DNA of 64,000 bases, taken from Clostridia bacterium. GTDB taxonomy: Bacteria; Bacillota; Clostridia; Christensenellales; UBA1242. Each line of letters begins with the position of its first letter. Positions within the stretch are counted from its first letter, which is position 1. The position numbers and the translations under genes are program-made. Location: contig JAZUBK010000020.1 in assembly GCA_045638465.1 (NCBI GenBank), positions 27,021 to 91,020 of the forward strand. Reading direction: 5' to 3'. The notes beneath the pieces are model-generated. The model was not told the DNA's origin and did not search any database. It saw nothing but the letters and a program-made list of their open reading frames with translations. Of this stretch, positions 20,402-31,300 are shown piece by piece.

Positions 20402-21675
20402 TGTTTAAAACCATTAAAGAGGCATTCAAAATAAAAGAAGTAAGAAGAAAGTTATTGATAACTTTTGCCCTTCTATTGGTATACCGTATTGGTTGCTGGT
20501 TGCCTATTCCTGGTATAAACGTTGCAGCTTTTGAAACTGCTACAAAAGCAAATGAGTTTTTGGGTATAATATCTGCTGTTAGTGGTAACGCACTATCTAA
20601 CGGTGCTATTTTGGCCCTAGGCGTTGCTCCTTATATCAACGCATCTATTGCTATTCAGCTTTTGGGTGGTGCTATTCCTGCTCTAGAAAGACTTGCTCAA
20701 CAAGGTGAAGAGGGCAGAAAGAAAATTAACTTTTATACAAGAATAGTAGCATTGGTTTTGGCTGTTGCTCAAGCTATTGGTTTTTCAGTAAGTATGACTG
20801 GTGGATATGACGCTTCTATCTTTGGTGGCGCATGGTTCACTCAAGCTATGGTTATCATTATTATGGTAGCTGGTGCTATGTTTACTGTATGGCTAGGCGA
20901 AAGAATTACTGAAATCGGAGTAGGAAATGGTCTTTCACTTCTTATCTTTGTTGGTATTCTTGCAACTGCTGGTCAAGCTATTGCAGATGCAATCGCAGGA
21001 CTATTTACTAATATTGATGGCATTTGGAATTTGCTTTTGTTCCTACTTGCTGTTATTGTAATTTTTGGACTTATCGCTTGGGTTGACCTTGCAGAAAGAA
21101 AAGTTACAGTACAATATGCAAAACAAATTAAAGGTAGAAAGATGTATGGCGGTCAAGCTAACTCTTTCCCTATCAAACTAAATGCGCAAGGTGTTATGCC
21201 TATAATCCTTGCTATGACAATTTTGTCATTCCCACAACTTATTATGTCTATATTCTGGCCTACAACTCCATATCCTGAATTTTTGGCTATGGGTGGCTGG
21301 TTATATACAGTACTATCTGCACTTTTAATTTTGTTCTTCTCATACTTTATGGCTCAATTAACATTTAAGCCAGATGAGATTGCTAGAACAATGCAACAAA
21401 ATGGCGGATTTATCAATGGTATCAGACCAGGTAAACAAACTGCTGACCATTTGAAGAAAATTTCTGATAGACTAACATTCTTTGGAGCTATCTTCCTAGC
21501 ACTAGTTGCTATGATCCCAACACTTCTATTTACATTTATTAGTGGTGGTAACGGCTCTCTTGTTAATGCTTTTAGCTCTACAGGACTTTTGATCGTTGTT
21601 TCTTGTGCTCTTGAGTTCGATAAACAACTAGAATCTCAACTTCTAATGAGAAGTTATAAAGGCTTTTTGAAATAA
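20401..21675 (+). CDS. secY: Preprotein translocase subunit SecY
   Basis: 424 aa, polytopic, in the conserved position after rplO. Contains GINVAAF...ALGVAPYI. Confidence 0.95.
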   Translation: MFKTIKEAFKIKEVRRKLLITFALLLVYRIGCWLPIPGINVAAFETATKANEFLGIISAVSGNALSNGAILALGVAPYINASIAIQLLGGAIPALERLAQQGEEGRKKINFYTRIVALVLAVAQAIGFSVSMTGGYDASIFGGAWFTQAMVIIIMVAGAMFTVWLGERITEIGVGNGLSLLIFVGILATAGQAIADAIAGLFTNIDGIWNLLLFLLAVIVIFGLIAWVDLAERKVTVQYAKQIKGRKMYGGQANSFPIKLNAQGVMPIILAMTILSFPQLIMSIFWPTTPYPEFLAMGGWLYTVLSALLILFFSYFMAQLTFKPDEIARTMQQNGGFINGIRPGKQTADHLKKISDRLTFFGAIFLALVAMIPTLLFTFISGGNGSLVNAFSSTGLLIVVSCALEFDKQLESQLLMRSYKGFLK

Positions 21676-21693
21676 AGCTAAAAGGGATTTTTT

Positions 21694-22317
21694 ATGAAAA
21701 TTATTCTATTAGGACCTCCAGGAGGAGGCAAAGGTACACAAGCATCTTTAATGAAAGAAAGATACAATGTGCCTCATATCTCAACAGGAGATATCTTTAG
21801 AACAAATATAAAAAACAAAACTGAACTAGGCAAACTTGCAGAAAGTTACATTTCTACAGGTGCCCTAGTTCCAGATTCTGTTACTATTGATTTAGTAAGA
21901 GATAGACTTACTTGGGAGGATTGCAAAAACGGATTTATCCTTGACGGTTTCCCAAGAAACGTTGCTCAAGCAGACGCATTGTCTACAATGACTGATCTTG
22001 ATGCAGCACTACTTATTGACCAAAAATATGAAGTTATTATCCCAAGACTTGCAGGAAGAAGAGCTTGTAAAGATTGTGGAGAAACTCTACATATTGATTG
22101 GCTAAATGGCAAAGATGTTTGCCCAAAATGTGGTGGAGAAATCTACCAAAGAAGTGATGACAAAGAAGAAGTTATTATGGAAAGACTAAAAAATTATGAG
22201 GCTCAAACTGCTCCTTTAATCGCTTATTACAAAGATAAAAACCTACTAAAAGTAGTTAACGCTACTAACACAGTAGAAGATACCTTTGAACTTGTAAAAA
22301 ATATTTTAGAGGATTAA
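21694..22317 (+). CDS. adk: Adenylate kinase (Cys4 zinc lid)
   Basis: P-loop GPPGGGKGTQ. Lid CKDCG...CPKCGG. Confidence 0.95.
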   Translation: MKIILLGPPGGGKGTQASLMKERYNVPHISTGDIFRTNIKNKTELGKLAESYISTGALVPDSVTIDLVRDRLTWEDCKNGFILDGFPRNVAQADALSTMTDLDAALLIDQKYEVIIPRLAGRRACKDCGETLHIDWLNGKDVCPKCGGEIYQRSDDKEEVIMERLKNYEAQTAPLIAYYKDKNLLKVVNATNTVEDTFELVKNILED

Positions 22318-22330
22318 GGTAAAAAATAAT

Positions 22331-23074
22331 ATGATTAAGATAAAGTCTGCTGAAGAAATCGCTATTATGCGTAAAGCAGGTGCTATCACAAGAGACACTT
22401 TACTTTTGCTAGAAAAAAACATTAAACCAGGTGTTACAACAAAACAACTTGACGACCTTGCTTATAGCTTTATAGTTAGAAACAAGGCCGTTCCAAGCTT
22501 TTTGAATTATGGTGGCTTTCCTGCGACTATATGTGCATCTGTTAATGAAAAAGTTGTCCATGGCATACCAAATGATGAACCTTTGAAAGAGGGTGACATC
22601 ATAAGTATTGACGTTGGAGCTTGTTATAAAGGCTATCATGGAGATAGCGCTAGAACTTTTGCCGTAGGCAAGATATCTAGTGATAAGCAAAAGCTTATTG
22701 ATGTTACCAAACAAAGCTTTTTTGAGGGCATCAAAGTCCTAAAAGACGGCGTAAGTTTGGGCGATGTGTCTGCTGCTATTCAAAGATATGTAGAAAAACA
22801 CGGTTTTTCTGTTGTCAGAGATTTAGTTGGACATGGGGTTGGTAAAGAACTTCATGAAGATCCAGCAGTTCCAAATTATGGTTTTGCGGGATTTGGACCA
22901 AAGATTCATGCGGGTACTGTACTTGCGATAGAGCCTATGGTTAATATGGGCACTTATCATGTTAAATTCAGTGAAATAGATGGTTGGACGGTTACTACAA
23001 AAGACGGTAAACCTTCAGCTCATTATGAAAATACCGTTCTTGTCACCGAAAATGGTGTAGAGATATTAACATAA
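22331..23074 (+). CDS. map: Methionine aminopeptidase, type I
   Basis: 247 aa, VHGIP, DVGACYKGYHGDSARTF, GHGVGKELHEDP, EPMV. Confidence 0.94.
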   Translation: MIKIKSAEEIAIMRKAGAITRDTLLLLEKNIKPGVTTKQLDDLAYSFIVRNKAVPSFLNYGGFPATICASVNEKVVHGIPNDEPLKEGDIISIDVGACYKGYHGDSARTFAVGKISSDKQKLIDVTKQSFFEGIKVLKDGVSLGDVSAAIQRYVEKHGFSVVRDLVGHGVGKELHEDPAVPNYGFAGFGPKIHAGTVLAIEPMVNMGTYHVKFSEIDGWTVTTKDGKPSAHYENTVLVTENGVEILT

Positions 23075-23082
23075 GGTGAAAA

Positions 23083-23358
23083 ATGACTAATAATTTTGAA
23101 GTTGGAGATATAGTTGTATCGAAAGCCGGAAGAGATGAGGGCAGGGTTTATATAATCAGCGCACTTGTTGATAAAGATTTTGCTATGCTTGTCGATGGCA
23201 ATTTCAAGAAACTAATTAATCCAAAGAAAAAGAGGGTTAAACACCTAAAAAATTCTGGTATTAAAGTGGAGTCTATTGCAGAAAAATTACTTTCTGACAA
23301 AAAGGTGTTTGATACCGAAGTTTATAGCGCAATCAAAAATTGCGAAATCAATAAATAA
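23083..23358 (+). CDS. KOW-domain small protein found between map and infA
   Basis: 91 aa, EVGDIVVSKAGRDEGRVYII (KOW-like). A gene at this position is common in Clostridia-type clusters. Confidence 0.65.
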   Translation: MTNNFEVGDIVVSKAGRDEGRVYIISALVDKDFAMLVDGNFKKLINPKKKRVKHLKNSGIKVESIAEKLLSDKKVFDTEVYSAIKNCEINK

Positions 23359-23382
23359 GCTAACGCTTAAAAAGGAGATTTT

Positions 23383-23607
23383 ATGCCAAAAGCCGATTGT
23401 TTAGAAACAGAAGGTGTGGTTACAGAAGTATTACCTAATGCAACATTCAAGGTACAACTTCCTAATGGTCATGTTATTACATGCTACATTTCTGGAAAAC
23501 TAAGAATGAATTACATTAAAATACTAGAAGGAGACCAAGTCAAAGTTGAGATGAGCCCATACGATTTAACTAAGGGTCGTATCACTTGGCGTGGCAAACA
23601 AAATTAA
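23383..23607 (+). CDS. infA: Translation initiation factor IF-1
   Basis: 74 aa, [42 protein letters not shown]. Confidence 0.96.
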   Translation: MPKADCLETEGVVTEVLPNATFKVQLPNGHVITCYISGKLRMNYIKILEGDQVKVEMSPYDLTKGRITWRGKQN

Positions 23608-23618
23608 GGAGAAAAATT

Positions 23619-23735
23619 ATGAAAGTTCGTCCATCAGTAAAACCTATTTGCGATAAATGCAAGGTTATTAAAAGAGAAGGCAAAGTTATGGTAATTTGCT
23701 CTAAGAGCAAAAAACATAAACAAACTCAAGGTTAA
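23619..23735 (+). CDS. rpmJ: 50S ribosomal protein L36 (not in supplied ORF track)
   Basis: My own translation gives [40 protein letters not shown] aaggag lies 8 nt upstream. Zinc ligands are in the C-x2-C-x12-C-x5-H arrangement. Confidence 0.93.
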   Translation: MKVRPSVKPICDKCKVIKREGKVMVICSKSKKHKQTQG

Positions 23736-23841
23736 TTATAATTTTGATTAGCCTTTTTTGGCTGTAAAAATATAGCTAACCTTGACAGGTTTGTCTTTGT
23801 AAAAAAATCTATATTTTCCTAAAAAAATATCCATTTTTGTA

Positions 23842-23870
23842 TTGAAATATGGTTATTTTTGTGGTATAAT
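23842..23870 (+). promoter_or_regulatory. Internal promoter TTGAAA-17-(TGg)TATAAT ahead of rpsM
   Basis: TTGAAA at 23842-23847, extended -10 TG at 23862-23863, TATAAT at 23865-23870. Confidence 0.6.
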
Positions 23871-24009
23871 ATATTAGTTTTGAAAAAACTCGTGATAGAG
23901 GCGGCTGGATACTATCGTATCTCTCTATCCGTTTACATACAGATAGCTTATTTGTCATAACTTTGTTATGGCTTTTGTGCTGTCAAGATACTATAATTGG
24001 AGGATTATT
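23871..24009 (+). promoter_or_regulatory. Structured ~135-nt leader of rpsM-rpsK-rpsD-rpoA-rplQ
   Basis: Four segments can pair in alternative or crossing ways: gatagag (23894-23900), ctatc (23912-23916), ctctatc (23923-23929) and gatag (23942-23946). There is also a hairpin at 23954-23972. Confidence 0.4.
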
Positions 24010-24378
24010 ATGGCTCGTATTGCTGGTGTAGATTTACCAAGAGAAAAAAGATTGGAAATCGGTCTTACCTATATCAAAGGTATTGGTAGAGTTACTTCTA
24101 ACAAAATCTTAGAGGCTACAAAAATCAGCCCAGATCTTAGAGTTAAAGATTTGACTGAAGAAGATGTTGCAAAACTAAGAGAGTACATCGAACACAACCT
24201 AACAGTTGAAGGCGATTTGCAAAGGGAAGTTTCACTAAACATCAAGAGACTATCAGAAATTGGCTGTTACCGTGGCATTCGTCACCGTAAAGGTTTACCT
24301 GTAAGAGGTCAAAGCACTAAACAAAATGCTAGAACTTGTAAGGGTCCTAAGAAAACAGTTGCTAAAAAGAAAAAGTAA
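24010..24378 (+). CDS. rpsM: 30S ribosomal protein S13
   Basis: Start moved to ATG 24010 ([14 protein letters not shown]), preceded by ggagg. Confidence 0.95.
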   Translation: MARIAGVDLPREKRLEIGLTYIKGIGRVTSNKILEATKISPDLRVKDLTEEDVAKLREYIEHNLTVEGDLQREVSLNIKRLSEIGCYRGIRHRKGLPVRGQSTKQNARTCKGPKKTVAKKKK

Positions 24379-24423
24379 GGTTAAATAAATAACCTTTATC
24401 AAATATTATAAAGGAGCATAAAA

Positions 24424-24813
24424 ATGGCTGTTGCTAAAAAAACAAAGAAAAGAAAGTCAACTAAAAATTTAGACAAAGGTGCAGTACATATTCAAGCATC
24501 TTTCAATAATACTATGGTTACTTTTACTGATGCTACAGGAAACACTGTTTCTTGGTCAAGCGCAGGAAGCCTAGGTTTCAAAGGCTCTCGTAAGAGCACA
24601 CCTTTTGCAGCTCAACAAGCTGTAGAAGCTGCTGCAAAAACAGCAAAAGAACAAGGTATTAAATCAGTTGAAGTTTATGTTAAGGGCCCTGGTAATGGTA
24701 GAGAATCAGCTATCAGAGCTTTAGCTGCTGCAGAGATAGATGTTACAAAAATTACTGACGTATCACCTATTCCTCACAATGGCTGTCGCCCACCAAAAAG
24801 AAGAAGAGTTTAA
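24424..24813 (+). CDS. rpsK: 30S ribosomal protein S11
   Basis: 129 aa, [18 protein letters not shown]. Confidence 0.96.
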   Translation: MAVAKKTKKRKSTKNLDKGAVHIQASFNNTMVTFTDATGNTVSWSSAGSLGFKGSRKSTPFAAQQAVEAAAKTAKEQGIKSVEVYVKGPGNGRESAIRALAAAEIDVTKITDVSPIPHNGCRPPKRRRV

Positions 24814-24865
24814 TTAATCTGTCTTTACGGGTATTTTATTTGTAAATATATAAAGGAGTTAAATT

Positions 24866-25486
24866 ATGGCAAAATATACAGATGCAGATTGTCGCCTTTG
24901 CCGTAGAGAAGGTTGCAAACTTTTTCTAAAAGGTGATAGATGTGTTTCATCTAAATGTGCTATGGAAAAAAGACCTGTTCTTCCTGGTCAACACGGTGCT
25001 GAAAGAAAGAAAGTTACTGACTATGGTGTACAGCTTCGTGAAAAACAAAAGGTTAAAAGAGCTTATGGTCTACTAGAAAAACAATTTAGAGCTTACTACG
25101 AAGAAGCTGAAAGAATCGCTGGTGTTACTGGTGAAAATATGCTTTCTCTTCTAGAAAGAAGACTTGACAACGTTGTATACAGAATGGGCGTTGGTTCTAG
25201 CCGTAGCGAAAGCCGTCAAATCGTAAGTCACAGACACGTTACAGTTAACGGCAAAATCGTAAACATCCCTTCATACCAAGTTAAAGTTGGCGATGTTATT
25301 GCTATCAAAGAAAGCGATAGAGAAATTGAAATGTTCAAACAACTTAAAGGTGTAAAAATTGCTACACCAAAATGGGTTGAGTTCGATACAGAAAAACTTA
25401 CAGGTAAAGTAAACGCTCTACCACAAAGAGATGATATCGATCTAAATATTCAAGAACACTTGATCGTTGAGTTGTATTCAAGATAG
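24866..25486 (+). CDS. rpsD: 30S ribosomal protein S4 (zinc-finger form)
   Basis: 206 aa, [23 protein letters not shown], with an S4 domain. Confidence 0.95.
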   Translation: MAKYTDADCRLCRREGCKLFLKGDRCVSSKCAMEKRPVLPGQHGAERKKVTDYGVQLREKQKVKRAYGLLEKQFRAYYEEAERIAGVTGENMLSLLERRLDNVVYRMGVGSSRSESRQIVSHRHVTVNGKIVNIPSYQVKVGDVIAIKESDREIEMFKQLKGVKIATPKWVEFDTEKLTGKVNALPQRDDIDLNIQEHLIVELYSR

Positions 25487-25509
25487 TAAAATAGGAGGGA
25501 AGTTTCCTT

Positions 25510-26463
25510 ATGATAGAAATAGAAAAACCAAGAATTATAGCTGAAGAATCTGATAATGGTTGCACTGCAAAATTTGTAATCGAACCACTAGAAAGAGGCT
25601 TTGGTATTACATTGGGTAACTGCCTAAGAAGAACTCTTCTTAGCGCAATGCCTGGTGCAGCTGCAGTTGCAATAAGAATTGCTGGTGCACAACATGAATT
25701 CTCTAATATTCCTGGTGTTACAGAAGATATCACAGATATCGTTTTGAATATCAAAAATCTTGCTGTAAAAACAACAGTTCTTGACAGAGATTTCAGAGCT
25801 ACACTTCACCTAAACGCTGTAGGTCCTTGTGAAGTGTTTGCAAAAGACATTCAAGCAAATGACCAAGTAGAAATACTAAATCCTGATTTGCACATCTGCA
25901 CACTTGATGATGGTGCAAAACTTGATATGGATATCATCATTGGTCGTGGTAGAGGTTATGTATCTGCTGCTCAAAACAAGAGCGAAGAAGACCCTATCGG
26001 CTATATCAGTGTTGACTCAATCTTTACTCCAATCAAAGCTGTAAACTATAGCGTTGAAAGCACAAGAGTTGGTCAATCTATTGACTTTGACAAACTAACA
26101 ATCGATGTTCAAACAAACGGTACTTTGTCTGCAAGAGAAGTTATCTCACTTGCTGCAAAAGTTATCCAAGACCACATCACATTGTTTGTTGACCTTGTAG
26201 ACTTTATGGGTAGTATGGATATCCTTGTTAACAAAGAAGAAAGCAAACAAGTTAAGGTTCTAGAGATGCCTATTGAAGATATGGACCTTTCTGTAAGAAG
26301 TTACAACTGCTTAAAGAGAGCAAATATCAACACTATCGAAGACCTAACTAAAAAATCTAAAGACGATATGCTAAAGGTTAGAAACCTTGGTCAAAAATCT
26401 TTGGAAGAAGTTATATTTAAACTAGAAAGTTACGGATTATCTCTTCGTAACGATGAAGAATAA
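25510..26463 (+). CDS. rpoA: DNA-directed RNA polymerase subunit alpha
   Basis: 317 aa, GFGITLGNCLRRTLLS. C-terminal domain LSVRSYNCLKRANI. Confidence 0.96.
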   Translation: MIEIEKPRIIAEESDNGCTAKFVIEPLERGFGITLGNCLRRTLLSAMPGAAAVAIRIAGAQHEFSNIPGVTEDITDIVLNIKNLAVKTTVLDRDFRATLHLNAVGPCEVFAKDIQANDQVEILNPDLHICTLDDGAKLDMDIIIGRGRGYVSAAQNKSEEDPIGYISVDSIFTPIKAVNYSVESTRVGQSIDFDKLTIDVQTNGTLSAREVISLAAKVIQDHITLFVDLVDFMGSMDILVNKEESKQVKVLEMPIEDMDLSVRSYNCLKRANINTIEDLTKKSKDDMLKVRNLGQKSLEEVIFKLESYGLSLRNDEE

Positions 26464-26478
26464 TAAAAGGGGACAATT

Positions 26479-26991
26479 ATGGCTCAGATTTCAAAATTAA
26501 ACAGACCAACCAAAGAAAGAATGGCACTTATTCGTGGTCAAGCTAGTTCATTTTTGTGGGATGGAAAAATCGAAACAACTGTTGCAAGAGCAAAAACTCT
26601 TCAAAGTTATGTAGAAAAGATTTTGACTCTAGCAATCAACTCATATGAAGATACTGTTAAAGTAACTAAAACAGAAGTTGATAGCAAAGGCGTAAAAATC
26701 AAAAGAGAAGTTGTTAACGATGGTCCTAAAAAACTAGCTGCTAGAAGAGCTATTATGTCTAAACTTTATGATAGACAAGAGCAAAGAAAATCTGGCGAAT
26801 CAAAAGCTACTTTTATCGCTAGAACTGCTGATATCAACCACCCTCTAATTGAAAAAATCTTCAATGTATACGCTCCAAAATATGCTGAAAGAGCTAAAGA
26901 GCTAGGACAAAGAGGTGGCTATACTAGAATCTTAAAGTTAGGCAACAGACGTGGCGACAACGCACCTATGGCTTTGGTAGAATTAGTATAA
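26479..26991 (+). CDS. rplQ: 50S ribosomal protein L17 (long form, 170 aa)
   Basis: [15 protein letters not shown]...[24 protein letters not shown], with an internal insertion of about 45 aa. Confidence 0.93.
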   Translation: MAQISKLNRPTKERMALIRGQASSFLWDGKIETTVARAKTLQSYVEKILTLAINSYEDTVKVTKTEVDSKGVKIKREVVNDGPKKLAARRAIMSKLYDRQEQRKSGESKATFIARTADINHPLIEKIFNVYAPKYAERAKELGQRGGYTRILKLGNRRGDNAPMALVELV

Positions 26992-27003
26992 TAATAAATC
27001 TTA

Positions 27004-27036
27004 AAAACACACTAAATTTTAGTGTGTTTTTTTTGT
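27004..27036 (+). terminator. Intrinsic terminator ending the ribosomal supercluster
   Basis: Arms acacact and agtgtgt, extended by A/T pairs, followed by an 8-nt T-run. Confidence 0.8.
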
Positions 27037-27098
27037 TGTGTTAATAAGTTATTTAAAAAAAACTTACTGCCTGAGTTGTTCTTTGTTATACAATTTAA

Positions 27099-27127
27099 TT
27101 GCGAAATATGTCGAAGTCTTATATAAT
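27099..27127 (+). promoter_or_regulatory. Promoter TTGCGA-17-TATAAT placing +1 on the ATG at 27134 (leaderless mRNA candidate)
   Basis: The hexamers have an exact 17-nt spacer. The ATG A lies 7 nt after the last -10 base. No SD lies between them. Confidence 0.5.
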
Positions 27128-27133
27128 CTTCGT

Positions 27134-28303
27134 ATGAGTGAAAAGAAGAAAAATTTAATACTATATTTGAGTCTTTCTTTTGGGGTGGTAATTATTATTG
27201 CTACCTATCTTTTGATTTATTTTGCTGCTACAACCAAAGGTTATTTGTACTTTGAAAATTTGTCGATTAAAGCAGATTTTGGCGCAAAATATTCGCTAGA
27301 AGAGTTGGGACTAAATAGTAGTGAAAATTTTGATGATATAGAAATAACTTGCGAAAGAGCAATATATAAAGAAGGTTATGTTTACTTTAACAAAGCAGGT
27401 AAGTCTAAAGTCTTTGCTAAAAGTAATGATATGAGTGCAAAACTTCAAGTAGATGTTGAGTTTGACTCAATAGATGAATATTTTGGCATATATGCAAACG
27501 TTGGAAATGATAGAGTTTTGCTAAATAGAGGTAGTGAAATTGATTTGTATTTGCCAAGCTTAAATAGAGAATTGGCAGAGGCTGACGGATATATTAATAA
27601 GCTTAGTATGGACGTTGTTGCCTTGAAAACCGAAGATAACTATGAGATAAAAGCAGATAGTCATTTGCTTGTGGATAACAATGTTTTGTACTCTCAAACC
27701 TTGGGCAGGGCTAAAGTTTATATAGAGTTTGAAACCTTTGGCAAAAGTTTTGATTTCTTTATAAATGTAAAAGAAATTGGTGTGCAGTCTTTGACTTCTA
27801 GTTATACACACAACACAATGTATGTGGATCTAAATGAAAAGTTTGAAATAGATATAATAGCAAGTCCCTCTTATGCTACAAATAAAGATTATTTAGTAGA
27901 AATAGATGGAAGTGCTGTTGAATATAATGGCGGTATATTTATCGCTAAAGAATACGGTAAAGCCTTTGTTACCTTTGAAAAAGATTTTGGCTTTGTGGTT
28001 GTAGAGGTTGTGGTTTGCTATGTGCCAGATGAGATAAAAGTAGATATTATAAGTGACTTTGTTTATGAAGAAAAAGGAAGAGCTACTATTAATTTTTATA
28101 AGGACAAAGAGCTTGTTGACAGCGATTACCAAATTATTTATCTTCAAGGCGGAGCAGAGGTTGATGGTGCTGCGTTGGTTGTAGATGCTGAGATTAAGTA
28201 CAATGTATTTAGTGCAGAAGTAATTAGCAAAGAAAGTTTTGTTATTAAAGTGTTATCAAACAAAAATTCACAACTTAGTTTTGAGATATATGTAAATAAT
28301 TAA
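27134..28303 (+). CDS. Hypothetical N-terminally membrane-anchored surface protein (Ig-like beta-rich ectodomain)
   Basis: Start moved to ATG 27134 (MSEKKKNLILYLSLSFGVVIIIATYLLIYF, i.e. a basic N-terminus followed by a TM helix). 389 aa with no enzymatic motif. Confidence 0.55.
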   Translation: MSEKKKNLILYLSLSFGVVIIIATYLLIYFAATTKGYLYFENLSIKADFGAKYSLEELGLNSSENFDDIEITCERAIYKEGYVYFNKAGKSKVFAKSNDMSAKLQVDVEFDSIDEYFGIYANVGNDRVLLNRGSEIDLYLPSLNRELAEADGYINKLSMDVVALKTEDNYEIKADSHLLVDNNVLYSQTLGRAKVYIEFETFGKSFDFFINVKEIGVQSLTSSYTHNTMYVDLNEKFEIDIIASPSYATNKDYLVEIDGSAVEYNGGIFIAKEYGKAFVTFEKDFGFVVVEVVVCYVPDEIKVDIISDFVYEEKGRATINFYKDKELVDSDYQIIYLQGGAEVDGAALVVDAEIKYNVFSAEVISKESFVIKVLSNKNSQLSFEIYVNN

Positions 28304-28314
28304 CCATATGTTGT

Positions 28315-28343
28315 TTGACTTTTTTTCGATGTATTATTATAAT
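28315..28343 (+). promoter_or_regulatory. Promoter TTGACT-17-TATAAT
   Basis: TTGACT at 28315-28320 and TATAAT at 28338-28343, about 55 nt upstream of the ATG at 28398. Confidence 0.55.
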
Positions 28344-28397
28344 TATAATATATAATTATGCTTATAATTAGAGATACTCTATAATTTAGGAGAAATT

Positions 28398-31300
28398 ATG
28401 AAAAGAGTTTTAAAAATTTTTGGTATATGCTTAGGTGCAGTTATTATAGGTATGGGGCTACTAATTGGTGGTGCCTGGATTTTTGGTGCGTTTAACGAAA
28501 AGAAGATTCCACCAGAGGACCTATATTTTACTAAAGAAGAGGTTGTGACTTCATCTGCTGCAGCTTTGAGAGTTTCGACAAAGACAAAGGCAGCCAATCA
28601 GAAAAAGATTGATATTAACGTTTCTCCTAGTGGTGTCTTGGACGCTCCAAAAGTTGTTACTTTGGGCGAAGACTTTATCGTATGGCCTATAAAGGGCGAA
28701 GATGGTTATAACGTGGGCGGTATTGTTACTGTTACTGCAAGTTATAATGGTCTTTTGATAGCTAAATGTAGAGTAAAGGTAGACGTGCCTGTTGATGATA
28801 TTATTGTAAAAACTCAACACGCAAGTTTGTCAAAGGGTGAGCAAATAACATTCTCAACTGAGATTGTACCAGCTCGTGCCCTAAATCCTTGGAAAACAGA
28901 TATTATACCTGGTGACCTAAACTTATATGACGATAGAGAAAAGACAGTATTTTATTTCCTTTATGACAATTCTGGTTACCTTATGGATACAACAAAAGCA
29001 TATTTCTTTGATTCTAACAGAAAGACAAATATGCTAAAGAGTACAGATATTGACTCTCAAACAAGACTAGTTGCTATAGAAGAATGTGACTTCTTTGTAA
29101 AAGCTTTTTGCTTTTCTACCTTTGCTAGAGAAGACTACTATAACGTAGAAGATATCGCTGATATGAAATACGAAGACGGCCGTGAGCAAATCAAAGAAGA
29201 GTTTATCAATGTTTTGCAAGAGGCTCGTTCAGAAAGTGGTAATGATAGTGGACAATTTATTTCTGTAACAGACGTATATATCAATGACTTTACTGCTTCT
29301 AGCGAAATTATCAATACATTCCTTTATGAAACAACATATCTTACTGCAAGGACAGAATCTCCTGCAGCAAATGCTTTTAACCTAGATATGAAATTACACC
29401 CAGCAGAAACAAGCGGCGGTTATACTTATGAAGACCTTGATGGCTTTATTGATAATATCGTTCTAGAGTGGACTGATGGTGCAGAATTAAAAATTGCAAA
29501 ACAAGGACAATTTAGCGAAGGAACACCAGCTGATTGGAACTGGAGTATTTGTCCTACAGTTTATGATAACGAAAGCTTGACTGCAACACTAAAGGCTACA
29601 ATCAACTACTTCGATATCAAAACTAACGAAATGGCAACATTAGAAAGATTCTTTGATGTTCAAGTAAATACAAGACCAGTTGCTGGTATCGTAGCAGATA
29701 AGTTCAAAGATGAAACTGGCGAAAACAAAGAATATATCTCTCTAAACTCTGATAGCCCAGATACAGACTCTATCAAACTTGAAGAAGGTTTTGTTAGCGA
29801 AAAGACAGATTCTGGACTTTTGACTCATAGTTACAAATACTTTGACGTTGTACCACAGGTTGGATATGCGTACCCTACATTTAGTTTGGTTAAGTTCTTT
29901 CTGCCAGCAGACAGCGTTATAAGGCCTTATACAGAGGGTAACTACAAAATTTCATTTGAATTTGAAGAAACTTCTAGATCAACTGGTTATAGATTGAATA
30001 TCGCAGATGGTAATATCCAAGGTGATATTTCATTCTTCAAATTAAACGAAACAACAGGTGAGTACGAAGCTATTGCTGGTAGCCCATCTGCTGAAAACGG
30101 AAAATATAGAGCAGAGCTTATTTACAAAAAGACAAATAAAGCTGTTCCTGAGTTTGCTTTCTATGGCGATGGTGCAGAACCAATGGTTGTAAATAACGTT
30201 TTGTATTACGAACAAAATAGTGAATATCCTTTCTGCGAAGTAAACGGAGTAAAAGTAAAAACATTCTTTAACTCAGATAGCATGGTTATCACAAGACAAC
30301 TTGCTGAGATTACTGCAGAAGGTTATGGTAACTTCAACATTATTGCTTCTGTAGTTGTATCTGATAACAACGGATCTATCATTTATAACGAAGATGGCGG
30401 ATTTATTACACTTACAACAAAGACTGTTCAAGTAAGAGTAACAAATAGCGTAAAAGATATTAAACTAAACGTAAGCGCCGAAGACGGTACTACTACTGGT
30501 GTAGAACAAGGCGACTTTAACAGAACAGTAGTACTTGACGAAAACTCAGAGTATTATATCTATATCGCTCCAGGCGATAACACTGCTTTGGACGTTTTGA
30601 CTCAAGCAGTAGAAAAAGGATCTTTTGAAATAACTTATAGAGTTAGAACAGAAAGATTTGACGAAAACGAAGCTGTAATCAATGCTGATGCCTTGACTAT
30701 CAACGAAATAATCGAAGATAGAGATGGCGGTGGTAATTTGATTGGATACAAATTCTTGCTAGGAGTTAATAACGTATATTCTATAGAAAATTCTTCTGGC
30801 GAGACTATGAGTATTATATTCAATATTACATTTGCGGTAAAAGGTACAAGCTTTACTCAAACAAATAATATTGAAATTAGAGACCACGTTTTGAAAGAAG
30901 CAGAAATTGCTTATGGTGATTCTTCTGTTAACCAAATGCAAATTTATGCATCTAACGTAGAAGGTGGCGTTGTTCAATGGAAAGAAAGGAGCAACTCAGC
31001 GGCAGTTGACCTAACTAAGTTTAAATTTGAGTTCTCAAGCGAATATGGTACAGTTAACGTTGCTCCAAACATTACATTTGCTGCAACTAACCATAATGTA
31101 ATCGTTACAAATCTTATCGCTGCAACTCCAGACGAAAATGGCGTATTTATTCTTTCATTAAACAACTTCCCATACTATAATGATGGTGTAAATGTTGATA
31201 TTACTATGGAATACGGCGGCAGCGATGATACTATAAACAAGAGATATGTATATGATCAAGATGGTGATTATTATATATTGAGAAGTTATGAAGAAACAAC

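Noticed and set aside
11193-26991. Many 60-160-aa ORFs on the opposite strand or in alternative frames within the ribosomal/secY cluster (for example 12322..12531-, 15849..16319-, 18170..18514-, 19462..19743-, 25398..25754-)
   Set aside because: They lie entirely inside well-supported conserved genes, lack an SD and any recognisable motif, and have low-complexity translations typical of antisense frames in AT-rich DNA.
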